DNA of 64,000 nt, taken from the NCBI GenBank assembly GCA_050298595.1, contig JBNKUM010000030.1:34723-98722 (forward strand), read 5' to 3'. The notes under the pieces were generated by a model, which did no database searches, was not told where the DNA came from, and saw only the letters and a list, made by a program, of their open reading frames with translations. Positions 43,375-53,552 of this stretch are shown here, piece by piece. Position numbers and translations under genes: made by a program. Within the stretch, counting starts at the first letter, position 1, and each line of letters starts with the position of its first letter. Origin of the DNA: Gammaproteobacteria bacterium. Lineage in GTDB: Bacteria > Pseudomonadota > Gammaproteobacteria > GCA-001735895.

Positions 43375-44427
43375 TTATTTGCTGGAGCGAGCCTGTTTTA
43401 CAGCTTCTGCCAGGGTGTATAACAGTTTTTCGCTGTCATCCCAGCCCAGGCAGGCATCGGTAATACTCTGACCATAGGTGAGTTCCCGCCCATCGGTATC
43501 CTGTCTACCTTCTACCAGATGAGACTCAATCATCACACCGAAAATAGCTTTCTGTCCGGTTCTTAATTGATGAGCGATATCTTCACCAACTTCAACCTGT
43601 TTGTGGAATTTTTTAGAACTATTGGCATGACTAAAATCAACCATAACCCGTTCTGGCAGGCCACACTCCTGTAATTGACGAGCTGCATCATTGACACTTT
43701 CGCGATCATAATTCGGACGACTACCACCGCGTAAAATAACATGGGTGTACTCATTTCCTGAGGTAGTGAAAATTGCCGAATGCCCCTGCTTGGTTACTGA
43801 GAGAAAGCTATGTGGTTTGGAAGCAGAACGGATAGCATCTATAGCTATCTGCAGACGGCCATCGGTACCATTCTTAAACCCAACCGGACAGGACAAACCT
43901 GATGACAATTCTCTATGCCCCTGGCTTTCAGTCGTGCGAGCCCCAATGGCTCCCCAGGCAACCAGGTCAGCGATATATTGTGGACTAATCAGATCCAGAT
44001 ACTCGGTACCTGCAGGAATGCCCATGTCTGATAATTTGAGTAACAATTCACGCGCCATTCTGACACCCTTATTAATATGAAAACTCTCATCCAGATCTGG
44101 ATCATTGATCAAACCTTTCCAACCAACGGTAGTGCGAGGTTTTTCGAAATACACCCGCATAACGATGAGTAACTCATTTGACAGTTCATCCATCACCTTT
44201 TTCAGGCGGCCGGCATATTCCAGAGCAGCTTCAGGGTCATGGATCGAGCAGGGGCCTATCACAACCACCAGACGATCATCTTTGCCATCAAGCACACGAT
44301 AGATATCCTGTCTGGCCTGAAAAACGGTTTCGTTGCCTTTTTCAGTAATAGGTAATTCATTGTGAACCTGTTCCGGAGAAGCCAGTTCCTTGATCGCTGT
44401 AATTCGTAAATCGTCTGTTTGATGCAT
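43375..44427 (-). CDS. aroG: DAHP synthase (class I-alpha)
   Basis: GPCSIHD, RVYFEKPRTTVGWKGL, GARTTESQ, GFKNGT, DFSHANS, YGQSITDAC. Confidence 0.95.
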   Translation of the reverse strand: MHQTDDLRITAIKELASPEQVHNELPITEKGNETVFQARQDIYRVLDGKDDRLVVVIGPCSIHDPEAALEYAGRLKKVMDELSNELLIVMRVYFEKPRTTVGWKGLINDPDLDESFHINKGVRMARELLLKLSDMGIPAGTEYLDLISPQYIADLVAWGAIGARTTESQGHRELSSGLSCPVGFKNGTDGRLQIAIDAIRSASKPHSFLSVTKQGHSAIFTTSGNEYTHVILRGGSRPNYDRESVNDAARQLQECGLPERVMVDFSHANSSKKFHKQVEVGEDIAHQLRTGQKAIFGVMIESHLVEGRQDTDGRELTYGQSITDACLGWDDSEKLLYTLAEAVKQARSSK

Positions 44428-44487
44428 GATATTTGATGTCAAATGCCCTTAGGGCGTTAAAAAAGCGCTCTATTCTTCCTGATCAAA

Positions 44488-45492
44488 TCAGGAATTACCA
44501 GAATTATATTGATGTAAGATATCCAGGCTATCCTGAGTACTTAAACGGGGCCCAAATTGAGTAACAATTTTTGAGGAAGCCAGCGAAGCCAGCTGTCCAG
44601 ATTCAACATAACCATAGCCATGAGTTAGACCGTAGAGAAAGGCTCCAGCAAACATATCCCCTGCCCCCAGGGTATCAATAGCAGTCACTGGATTAGGTTC
44701 AATCTGATGCAGTTCTTCTCCATCGAAAACCAGTGCCCCTTGTGCACCCATGGTTACCACAAAGGTTTTAGCAAAGGCTTTCATACGCTCTACCATTTGT
44801 TCAGTATCCTGAGCTTCGGTTAATTCCAGCGCTTCTTCCTCGTTGGCAAATAACAGGTCAACACCCTCGCCGATCATCTCCAGCATACCTTCACGAAAAA
44901 ACCTCATCATATTCGGGTCTGATAGGGTTAAAGCGATTTTAACGTCATGTTGCACAGCATATTTTTTGGCCAGCAGTACCGCATCACGTGAACGCTGATC
45001 GGTGACCAGATAACCTTCCAGATAGATATAATCGGAATCTGCTATAGCATCTTCAGACACAAAACTATCGTTTAGATCTGCACTGGCACCCAGAAACGTA
45101 TTCATGGTCCGATCAGCATCCGGGGTAACGAACACCAGACATTTCCCAGACATACCGCCGTCTACCATATGACGGTCAGAATTAGTATGTAGCCCTGATT
45201 TTTTCAGGTCCTGGACAAAAAACTGTCCAGCCATATCGTTCGCTACACAGCATGAAAAAAAACACTGACCACCCATTTGAGCAATGGCAATGAGTGAGTT
45301 TGCCGCTGAACCGCCGCAAGCCATTTTCTCATGATCTTCACCCAGATAATTCACCAGATGGTTGTGCAGGTTTTCATCAATCAGCGTCATTACACCTTTC
45401 TCTATACCCATAGAAATCAGCTCAGCGGGTTCTTTGTGATACTCTATATCTACCAGGGCATTACCGAGCGCGTATACGTCATATTTTTTCAT
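44488..45492 (-). CDS. PfkB-family (adenosine/inosine-like) kinase
   Basis: GNALVD, GGSAAN, RTMNTFLG, ANEEE, DTLGAGDMF. Confidence 0.9.
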   Translation of the reverse strand: MKKYDVYALGNALVDIEYHKEPAELISMGIEKGVMTLIDENLHNHLVNYLGEDHEKMACGGSAANSLIAIAQMGGQCFFSCCVANDMAGQFFVQDLKKSGLHTNSDRHMVDGGMSGKCLVFVTPDADRTMNTFLGASADLNDSFVSEDAIADSDYIYLEGYLVTDQRSRDAVLLAKKYAVQHDVKIALTLSDPNMMRFFREGMLEMIGEGVDLLFANEEEALELTEAQDTEQMVERMKAFAKTFVVTMGAQGALVFDGEELHQIEPNPVTAIDTLGAGDMFAGAFLYGLTHGYGYVESGQLASLASSKIVTQFGPRLSTQDSLDILHQYNSGNS

Positions 45493-45695
45493 TATTTATC
45501 CTAATTTTATTAAATTTCAATGTATTACGAGTATTTTAGGAGATTTTATTTAATCTAAAACCTTAATTATTTGATTTACCGAGCAAATCAAAATTAATTT
45601 TATCCATGGGTCAATTTTTTGTATACAAACACGTCATTTCCGTTTTTAATGCGTGTCCCAATTAAAAAAATTAAAATACCTGGAGGTGATCAACT

Positions 45696-45908
45696 ATGAC
45701 TTATCGTATTGAAACCACAGACCCAGTGACGGGAACATCTATAAAACAACTCATGGATATGCCATACGTTGTTGAGAGTAGCGAAAAGGATGACCTGGTC
45801 ATTTACTTCGAATCAGAACAAACTAGAGAAATATATCTGCAAGATCCAAAAAATCACGAACTGGAACATTATAACTCACACCCCGGTTCACCAAAAATAC
45901 TTTCCTGA
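45696..45908 (+). CDS. Small YHS/TRASH-like protein
   Basis: GGAGG RBS; TDPVTG...IYFESEQT pattern; downstream terminator. Confidence 0.7.
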   Translation: MTYRIETTDPVTGTSIKQLMDMPYVVESSEKDDLVIYFESEQTREIYLQDPKNHELEHYNSHPGSPKILS

Positions 45909-45910
45909 AC

Positions 45911-45940
45911 AAAAAGCCACTGAAAAGTGGCTTTTTTTTT
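45911..45940 (+). terminator. Bidirectional intrinsic terminator
   Basis: AAAAAGCCACT-gaaa-AGTGGCTTTTTTTTT between convergent genes. Confidence 0.88.
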
Positions 45941-45957
45941 GCAGTAAACAAACTATT

Positions 45958-47394
45958 TCAAATAACTTCAGATCGAACTACCAGCATTTTCTCTACTTGC
46001 ATATCTCTGAAAGTATAAGGGATTCCTCCAACCCCCAGGCCAGACTGTTTCAAACCTGCAAAAGGCATCCAGTCAACGCGAAACGCTGTATGATCATTAA
46101 CCATGACGGCTGAGGCATTGAGGTTTTTGTAGCAATACAATGCGTTATCCAGATTAGTTGTTGCTACTGCCGCCTGAAATGAAAATGGAACATCATTAGC
46201 CATCTGTACCGCCTGTTCCAGCTTATCGAAAGTATAGATACAGATGACCGGACCAAAAATCTCCATGCGACTGACCTTACTATTCCTATCCGGTTCGAGT
46301 AAAACTGTGCACTGATAGCAATTATTTTCAACACGTTTGCCACCCGTCACCAATGAAGCGCCTTCTTCGACGGCCTCATCAACCCACTGAGAAATACGTT
46401 GAGCTTCCAGCGGCCGAATCAAAGGGCCTACCTCGGTATTTTCATCATTAGGATCACCACATTTCAATGCATTAGCCATCTCGGCCAGTTGTGCCGTCAC
46501 CTGATCAACAACAGACCTGTGAGCAAATACACGCTGCACAGAAACACACACCTGTCCTGCATGGTAAAAGCCTCCTTTTGCAAGCAGCGGCAGAGTATCG
46601 TCAAGATTTGCATCCTCGCAGATAATAACCGGCGCAACCCCGCCATGTTCCAGTGCACAACGGGTACCGGGAGCCAGCTTTGATCGCAACATCCAGCCTA
46701 CTTTGGCACTGCCAATAAAGCTGAAAAAACCTACCCTTGTATCACAAACCAATTGTTCAGAAACTTCCACACTTTCTGTCATAAGAGCCATACCATACTC
46801 TTCCGGCAGGCCAGCTTCACGCAAAATACTCAGTAATCTGAAACAGGATAAGGGCGTATCTTCAGCGGGTTTAACGATTACAGGACAACCCGCCGCCACA
46901 GCCGGAATAACCTGATGAACGATTAAATTAAGAGGATGGTTAAATGCGCTAATAGCGACTACGACACCAACGGGTTCGAAACTGGTCATTGCTATACGAT
47001 GGGTAGAAGCTGGATTGATATTCATTTGGATCTCACGACCTGCATTGCTGCGTAGACATTCGATAGTGTTGTGAACACCGTCTATGGCTCGCGCAACCTC
47101 AACTTTAGAGTCGCGCAAAGGTTTGCCGCCTTCGCGTGCAGCTTCAGTTGCCAGATCATTGGCCATGATTTCCATAATTGCCGCAGTACGTTTAAGAATA
47201 TCCATGCGTTTTGAAACCGGCAACCAACGCGAACGATCTCGAAATATTGAATAGGCCATCTCCAGGGCAAGTTGAATACCATCAGAATTTAACTGAGGCA
47301 CTGAACCAATTATCTTACCGCTCCAGGGGGAAGTTACCGATAAACGCGCAGTTTCATGGGTACCGGGAACCATATTGGTAAAATCGTTATTCAT
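45958..47394 (-). CDS. Aldehyde dehydrogenase (possibly succinate-semialdehyde dehydrogenase)
   Basis: AFNHPLNL, VKPAE, FIGS, LEHGG, AGQVCVS, EIFGP, MPFAG. Confidence 0.9.
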   Translation of the reverse strand: MNNDFTNMVPGTHETARLSVTSPWSGKIIGSVPQLNSDGIQLALEMAYSIFRDRSRWLPVSKRMDILKRTAAIMEIMANDLATEAAREGGKPLRDSKVEVARAIDGVHNTIECLRSNAGREIQMNINPASTHRIAMTSFEPVGVVVAISAFNHPLNLIVHQVIPAVAAGCPVIVKPAEDTPLSCFRLLSILREAGLPEEYGMALMTESVEVSEQLVCDTRVGFFSFIGSAKVGWMLRSKLAPGTRCALEHGGVAPVIICEDANLDDTLPLLAKGGFYHAGQVCVSVQRVFAHRSVVDQVTAQLAEMANALKCGDPNDENTEVGPLIRPLEAQRISQWVDEAVEEGASLVTGGKRVENNCYQCTVLLEPDRNSKVSRMEIFGPVICIYTFDKLEQAVQMANDVPFSFQAAVATTNLDNALYCYKNLNASAVMVNDHTAFRVDWMPFAGLKQSGLGVGGIPYTFRDMQVEKMLVVRSEVI

Positions 47395-47416
47395 ATCTAT
47401 ACCTCGTCACTATCGC

Positions 47417-49054
47417 TTAAATGGGACAAACCAGCTTGCCGAGCTTTTCTGTGAGCTTCATATTTTCAGAATAATCTACCGGACAATCGATGACCACAAC
47501 GGTGTTATCCTGTTTTGACTGTTTTATTGTGGGAATTAAGTCGCCAGCCTGCTCAATGCGATAACCCTTTGCACCAAAACTTTCCGCATATTTGACGAAA
47601 TCCGGGTTTTTAAAGCTGATATTTGTCTCTCGTCCAAAACGTCGTAACTGATGCCATTTGATCAGACCATATTCACTGTCATTCCAGATCAGGATAATGA
47701 TGGGGATTTTATAGCGTAAGGCAGTCTCAATCTCCTGAGAATTCATCATAAAGCCCGCATCCCCGGTGACTGTTAAAGCCGTTACCTCAGGGTGAGTTAG
47801 CTTAGCAGCTATCGCTCCAGGTACACCTATGCCCATTGAAGCAAAACCATTTGAGATGATACAGGTATTAGGACGCTCGGCCTGATACATCCTGGCCATC
47901 CACATCTTGTGTGCACCCACATCGGAGATAACAATATCTTCATCATCCAGCGCCTGACGTAAATCCCAGATGATGCGCTGTGGTTTCAGCGGAAAAGCGT
48001 CATCATTGGCATGAGCAGATAGCTCATCAACAATAGTCTCGCGCAGATTGCCGTGCGAATTGTCATTGACACGTCGGGTTTCGCTAGCGATCTCTTTTAA
48101 CGCAGCGCTGATATCTCCAATAACGCCACATTCAACAATGTAATGTTCATCGACTTCCGCGGCATTCATATCGATATGAATGATTTTCTTGTCCTTATGG
48201 CCATGCCACAGATGCGGGTGGTACTCCACCATGTCATAACCGACACAGATAATGACATCGGCACGATCAAAGCCACAGGCGATATAGTCTCTGGCCTGCA
48301 AACCGACAGTACCCAGAGAAAGGTAGTGGCTAAACGGGATTGCCCCCTTAGCCATGAAGGTTGTCGCAACCGGTAGATTGAGTTTTTCTGCAAATTCAAT
48401 CAATTGATCACTCGCTTTTGCACGAATGACACCATTGCCTGCCATTACTATAGGAAAACGTGCGTTATTAATGACCGCTGCTGCCTGTAATATCTTTTCA
48501 CGCGGAGGAACCGGACATAATGCTGATTGAACCTTGAGTGGCTGTTTGTCCACAGTCAGTTCCATATGTGCGATATTCTCTGGCAGATCGATAAAGCTAC
48601 CGCCCGGTTTTTCTGCTTCGGCTGACTTAAAAGCCTTGCGTACGATTTCCGGGATAATTTCAGGTTCTTTCACCTGTACGCTATATTTTGAGATGGGGGC
48701 AAACAGATTGACCAGATCGAGTATCTGATGACTTTCCTTATGCATACGGGTGGTGGCACCCTGACCAGCTATGCCAATAATAGGGGCTCTATCCATATTC
48801 GCATCAGCAAAACCAGTGACCAGATTGGTAGCTCCAGGTCCTAATGTCGCCAGGCAAACACCCGCCTTTCCGGTTAGGCGCCCATAAACATCTGCCATGA
48901 AGGCTGCACCCTGTTCATGCCGGGTAGTGATAAATTGAATTTTGCTATTGATGAGCGAATCCATTACATCCAGATTTTCTTCGCCAGGTATGCCGAAAAT
49001 GTACTCTACATACTCATTTTCCAGACACTTAACAAATAAGTCGCTCGCTTTCAT
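47417..49054 (-). CDS. TPP-dependent acetolactate-synthase-like enzyme (possibly 2-oxoglutarate decarboxylase)
   Basis: FGIPGEENL, RHEQGAAFMAD, TLGPGATN, MHKESHQ, DVGAHKMW, GDAGF..N; no small regulatory subunit nearby. Confidence 0.85.
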   Translation of the reverse strand: MKASDLFVKCLENEYVEYIFGIPGEENLDVMDSLINSKIQFITTRHEQGAAFMADVYGRLTGKAGVCLATLGPGATNLVTGFADANMDRAPIIGIAGQGATTRMHKESHQILDLVNLFAPISKYSVQVKEPEIIPEIVRKAFKSAEAEKPGGSFIDLPENIAHMELTVDKQPLKVQSALCPVPPREKILQAAAVINNARFPIVMAGNGVIRAKASDQLIEFAEKLNLPVATTFMAKGAIPFSHYLSLGTVGLQARDYIACGFDRADVIICVGYDMVEYHPHLWHGHKDKKIIHIDMNAAEVDEHYIVECGVIGDISAALKEIASETRRVNDNSHGNLRETIVDELSAHANDDAFPLKPQRIIWDLRQALDDEDIVISDVGAHKMWMARMYQAERPNTCIISNGFASMGIGVPGAIAAKLTHPEVTALTVTGDAGFMMNSQEIETALRYKIPIIILIWNDSEYGLIKWHQLRRFGRETNISFKNPDFVKYAESFGAKGYRIEQAGDLIPTIKQSKQDNTVVVIDCPVDYSENMKLTEKLGKLVCPI

Positions 49055-49327
49055 GGCAACACCCCCCCTTGAATTTTTGTTTTATTTATAGCTTTAGTAG
49101 ATACCCATTAGAACTTATAAGTTTCAAATGCTAGTGAATTGTTTGTTATAGAATATTATTTAGTAAAGACAATGATAGATATATTATCAATTGAGGATTT
49201 AAATCGATGACATTGCAAAAATTAAATATACATTGACGTCGTGCTTGTTAGACTACAGCACATGTGTAAGCCATTAGCACATACTAATCCTTAATCCTTA
49301 ACACTTCTTACAATCTACGGAGGCAAT

Positions 49328-49747
49328 ATGTCCCTTAAAGGATCAAAAACAGAGCAAAACCTGAAAGATGCTTTTGCTGGTGAATCTCAAGCTAATCGTC
49401 GTTACCTGTATTTCGCTGCAAAAGCAGATGTAGAAGGCTATAACGATGTATCCGCTGTTTTTCGTTCAACTGCTGAAGGTGAAACAGGCCATGCACACGG
49501 TCATCTGGAGTACCTTGAAGAAGTAGGCGATCCAGCAACCGGTATGCCTATAGGCAGCACTTCTGACAACCTGAAAGCTTCTATCGCTGGCGAAACCCAT
49601 GAATACACAGACATGTATCCTGGTATGGCTAAATCAGCTCGTGAAGAAGGTTTTGACGAAATCGCAGACTGGTTCGAAACTCTGGCTAAAGCTGAGCGTT
49701 CACACGCTAATCGTTTCCAGAAAGCACTGGATAACCTCGAAGGCTAA
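49328..49747 (+). CDS. Rubrerythrin (short form, no rubredoxin domain)
   Basis: [37 protein letters not shown] diiron motifs. Confidence 0.95.
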   Translation: MSLKGSKTEQNLKDAFAGESQANRRYLYFAAKADVEGYNDVSAVFRSTAEGETGHAHGHLEYLEEVGDPATGMPIGSTSDNLKASIAGETHEYTDMYPGMAKSAREEGFDEIADWFETLAKAERSHANRFQKALDNLEG

Positions 49748-49765
49748 TCCAGGCTAATGTAACGG

Positions 49766-49800
49766 TCACACCAGAAGCCCTCGAAACTTCTGGTGTGGCA
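49766..49800 (+). terminator. Hairpin after rubrerythrin
   Basis: GTCACACCAGAAG...CTTCTGGTGTGGC; no T-tract, so probably a stabiliser or partial terminator. Confidence 0.5.
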
Positions 49801-49837
49801 ATATAGTTCTATCCACTAACTCATATAGATCATAGAT

Positions 49838-51169
49838 ATGGCTACACGTGAAGGCAGTTTACAAGCTCCAACCCGACATCCATTAGGTCAGAATGGCCCA
49901 GATTTTTATGATGAAGACAAACTTTTCGAAGAACTCGAACGGGTATTCGATATCTGCCACGGTTGCCGACGATGTGTCAGCCTGTGCCAGTCCTTCCCTA
50001 CTTTGTTCGATCTGGTGGATGAATCAGAATCCATGGAAGTCGATGGAGTTGATAAAAAGGATTACTGGAAAGTAGTCGATCACTGCTATCTATGTGATCT
50101 GTGTTATCTGACCAAATGCCCTTATGTACCACCACACGAATGGAACCTGGATTTCCCCCACGTCATGTTACGTGCCAAAGCCTTTGGTTTTAAGAATGGC
50201 AGAACCAAAATACGCGATAAAATAATGACCTCGACCGATACCATCGGCAAGCTGGCCAGCATCCCCATTGTAGTCAATGTGGTGAATGCAGCGAATAAAA
50301 ACCCGCACAGCCGTGGATTATTGGAAGACCTCCTCGATGTGCATAGCAAGCCGAGATTACCGGCCTATACCAGTAACACCCTGTCCAAAAGAACCGCTTC
50401 ACATAAACCCGATATATCCCAGGTTAAAGCGACAGAAACAACCACCGGTAAGGTAGCCATCTTTGGCACCTGTTACGGTGAATTCAACGAACCCCATCTG
50501 GGTGAAGATTTAATCAAGGTATTCGAACACAATGGCATTGCCATACAGGTGATAAAGAATACCCACTGCTGCGGTATGCCCAAGTTAGAACTGGGCGACC
50601 TGGCTACCGTAGAAAGCCTGATGAACCATAACACCCCCATCATGGCAAAACTGGTCGATGATGGCTGGGATATCATTGCCCCAGTCCCTTCCTGTACGCT
50701 GCAATTCAAACAGGAATTACCGCTGATGTTCCCGGAAAATGAACAGGTCATCAAGGTTCAGCAAGCCATGTTTGACCCGTTTGAATACCTGATGCTCAGG
50801 CATAAGGAAGGGCTATTAAATACCGATTTCAAACACTCTCCCGGAAAGGTCAGTTACCAGGTCGCCTGTCATCAACGTGTACAGCGCATTGGTAATAAGA
50901 CTCGCGATTTACTCAGCCTGATTGAAGGCACCGAGATCGATACGATTGAACGCTGCTCGGGTCATGATGGTACCTACACCTTCAAGAAAGAGTCCCATGA
51001 ATCAGCGATGAAAATCTGTAAACCTGTCGTTAGCCGCGTAAAAAAAGAACAACCGAATGTCTACACCAGCGATTGTCCCATGGCTGGACATCATATCTCG
51101 ATGGGTCTGGATGACGGCACGGATTCGGTACACCCGATTACCCTGTTGCGACAGGCTTACGACTTATAA
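49838..51169 (+). CDS. Rubrerythrin-associated Fe-S oxidoreductase (GlpC/HdrD-like)
   Basis: CHGCRRCVSLC, CYLCDLCYLTKCP, CCGMP, CSGHDG, SDCP. Confidence 0.9.
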   Translation: MATREGSLQAPTRHPLGQNGPDFYDEDKLFEELERVFDICHGCRRCVSLCQSFPTLFDLVDESESMEVDGVDKKDYWKVVDHCYLCDLCYLTKCPYVPPHEWNLDFPHVMLRAKAFGFKNGRTKIRDKIMTSTDTIGKLASIPIVVNVVNAANKNPHSRGLLEDLLDVHSKPRLPAYTSNTLSKRTASHKPDISQVKATETTTGKVAIFGTCYGEFNEPHLGEDLIKVFEHNGIAIQVIKNTHCCGMPKLELGDLATVESLMNHNTPIMAKLVDDGWDIIAPVPSCTLQFKQELPLMFPENEQVIKVQQAMFDPFEYLMLRHKEGLLNTDFKHSPGKVSYQVACHQRVQRIGNKTRDLLSLIEGTEIDTIERCSGHDGTYTFKKESHESAMKICKPVVSRVKKEQPNVYTSDCPMAGHHISMGLDDGTDSVHPITLLRQAYDL

Positions 51170-51186
51170 GCATTGAGGATATAAAC

Positions 51187-51777
51187 ATGAACAATACTCA
51201 CCAATTATCCAGAAAAGATCTGTGGTCACTGGAAGAATATGCAGAAAAGCGTAGTGATTATCGCCAGCAGGTGATGGCACATAAAAAGAATCGTCAGGTA
51301 GCCTTAGGACCCAATGCAACCCTGTATTTTGAAGACAGGCTGACCATTCGTTATCAAATCCAGGAAATGCTGCGAATCGAAAAAGTCTTCGAAGCCGATG
51401 GCATAGAGGATGAGCTACAGGCCTACAACCCTCTGATTCCTGATGGAAAAAACTGGAAAGCCACCTTCATGATTGAATATGGTGATCCTGAAGTACGTGC
51501 TGCTCAGCTGGAAAAAATGGTTGGCATTGAAGAACTGGTATGGGTTCAGGTTAATGACATGGACAGGGTCTGGTGCATATCGAATGAAGATCTGGAGCGT
51601 ACTACTGCAACAAAAACCTCTTCGGTACATTTCATGCGTTTCGAATTAAGCGATGAAATGATTAGCGCTTTAAAAAATGGTGGTGAATTGAAGATGGGTG
51701 TTGAACACAGCATTTATACCCATCAACTGACTATTGATGACGACACCAAAGCCTCCCTGATCAACGACCTCGATTAA
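51187..51777 (+). CDS. DUF3501 family protein
   Basis: [26 protein letters not shown]; standard third gene of the rubrerythrin cluster. Confidence 0.9.
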   Translation: MNNTHQLSRKDLWSLEEYAEKRSDYRQQVMAHKKNRQVALGPNATLYFEDRLTIRYQIQEMLRIEKVFEADGIEDELQAYNPLIPDGKNWKATFMIEYGDPEVRAAQLEKMVGIEELVWVQVNDMDRVWCISNEDLERTTATKTSSVHFMRFELSDEMISALKNGGELKMGVEHSIYTHQLTIDDDTKASLINDLD

Positions 51778-51778
51778 T

Positions 51779-52234
51779 ATGAAAGTCTGGGTAGATGCAG
51801 ATGCCTGCCCGGTAGTCATCAAGGAAATATTGTTTAAAGCGGCACATCGAACCGGAGTACAGCTTACTCTGGTCGCCAATCAATCTATCAATGTCCCAGC
51901 TCTGAGCAATATTAAAATGCTCAGAGTCTCCTCGGGGTTTGACGTAGCCGATAATGAAATCGTCAAACGACTCGCCCCAGGCGATCTGGTCATTACCAGT
52001 GATATACCACTAGCTGATGAAGTATTAGATGCCAAAGGCGTAGCACTCAGTCCACGCGGCGAATTATTCTCCAGAGAAAATATCAAAAGCCGCCTGAATA
52101 TGCGTGATTTCCTGGAATCCATGCGTGCCAGTGGCGTTCAAACTGGCGGACCCGCCTCATTCAGTCAGAGTGATCGACAGGCTTTTGCTAATGCCCTGGA
52201 TAGATATCTTACTCAAAACCTGAGTGATTCCTAA
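51779..52234 (+). CDS. yaiI: YaiI/YqxD (DUF188) family protein
   Basis: [31 protein letters not shown]. Confidence 0.92.
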   Translation: MKVWVDADACPVVIKEILFKAAHRTGVQLTLVANQSINVPALSNIKMLRVSSGFDVADNEIVKRLAPGDLVITSDIPLADEVLDAKGVALSPRGELFSRENIKSRLNMRDFLESMRASGVQTGGPASFSQSDRQAFANALDRYLTQNLSDS

Positions 52235-52325
52235 CCCCACTCTATTCCCAAACTGGCACTATAGAGTTCATGTTCTATAATATATTTATCTTCTAAATTA
52301 TTGATAAATTTAATATTTATAGAGC

Positions 52326-53552
52326 GTGAATAAACCTCGGTATTTCCTGTTTTTATTGATTGGTACCCTTCTCTGCATCAAGCCAGTGACAGCTGATCTA
52401 AAGATCACAACATCAGCCAATGAGGAGAGCAACCGTGTGGCCTCGTTTATATACGTTCCCTCTAACAAGACCATTCTTGAAGGAATAAAAAGGAACAGCT
52501 CTCCCACTGAATTGGCGCAACAAATTCCCTTTTCAGCAAAATTAACTGATGAACCTGGTGAGATGGATAAGATACAGTGGGAAGTTCGTATTCCGGATAA
52601 GGCTATAGGCCGTATTAAAGTCATTTCCAACTTCCAGGGTTCTTATATACACGTTAAGCCGGGTTACCTGTGGCGCTCTAAGGAACTTGATACTACCGTC
52701 AAGCAACGTAACACTCTGATTTTTAAGCCTGACCCTCAAGCACATCAGACTGCGCAATATAAAAAAGGGCGATCACGACACAATGTACGACAAAAATACG
52801 GTGGCGGTACAACCAGCAATAACGATTACATCTACAATCCACGCCTGAGATACACCTTGACTGTAAAAATATTGAATGCCGGTAACGTCACCAAAACCTA
52901 TAGTGCAACCATTCAACAGGATGACCGAGATTTACTTCGGCAGGAATATATCAATCACTATGGGCGCTCACGCTATGGACGAGGGGATGCTGGAAACATA
53001 CCTGTTCCCAAACGCGAAGAATTAATCGAAAATAACGCAACGCAAACAAGTCTGGCTGGTACCGGGGTATCACAAAGTTGTTACTCTGTAATGATTGAAG
53101 ATGGTGTTATCCAGCTGGCTGAAAAAATTGCCGATGCCTTAGAGCAAAAAAAACAACAAATAATACAGCATAAAAGTGATTTCTCAGATCTCCATGGAAA
53201 CCCACTCCCTGTCACAGAAAACAAACCCTGGTTAAGCAGTGGCTGGCGAAACCCGGAACGTAATGAGTGGTATAGTAATGCGATCAACGGCATCCATCAG
53301 CGTGGCGCTGCTATCGATATAATACCCAATGAACAACCTGGAACAATCGAAAGCGCAGCAACCTTCTGGCTATTATGGAAAACACTAAACGATAAACAGT
53401 TCAATCTTACCGGCTACTGGCAACTCGAAACCCTTGGCCGTCCGATGAAGTCCAGAGAATACATTCAGGACATAAAACCCGAGAACGGCATTCCAGATGC
53501 TTTCGATATTGCAGATCACCTGCATATCCAACTGGAAGAGATATATGAATAA
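52326..53552 (+). CDS. Secreted protein with C-terminal peptidase M15-like (Zn D-Ala-D-Ala peptidase fold) motifs
   Basis: Signal-like N-terminus; SSGWRNPERN...HQRGAAID...DHLHIQ matches the M15 pattern SGxRxxxxN..HxxGxAxD..HxH. Confidence 0.65.
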   Translation: MNKPRYFLFLLIGTLLCIKPVTADLKITTSANEESNRVASFIYVPSNKTILEGIKRNSSPTELAQQIPFSAKLTDEPGEMDKIQWEVRIPDKAIGRIKVISNFQGSYIHVKPGYLWRSKELDTTVKQRNTLIFKPDPQAHQTAQYKKGRSRHNVRQKYGGGTTSNNDYIYNPRLRYTLTVKILNAGNVTKTYSATIQQDDRDLLRQEYINHYGRSRYGRGDAGNIPVPKREELIENNATQTSLAGTGVSQSCYSVMIEDGVIQLAEKIADALEQKKQQIIQHKSDFSDLHGNPLPVTENKPWLSSGWRNPERNEWYSNAINGIHQRGAAIDIIPNEQPGTIESAATFWLLWKTLNDKQFNLTGYWQLETLGRPMKSREYIQDIKPENGIPDAFDIADHLHIQLEEIYE

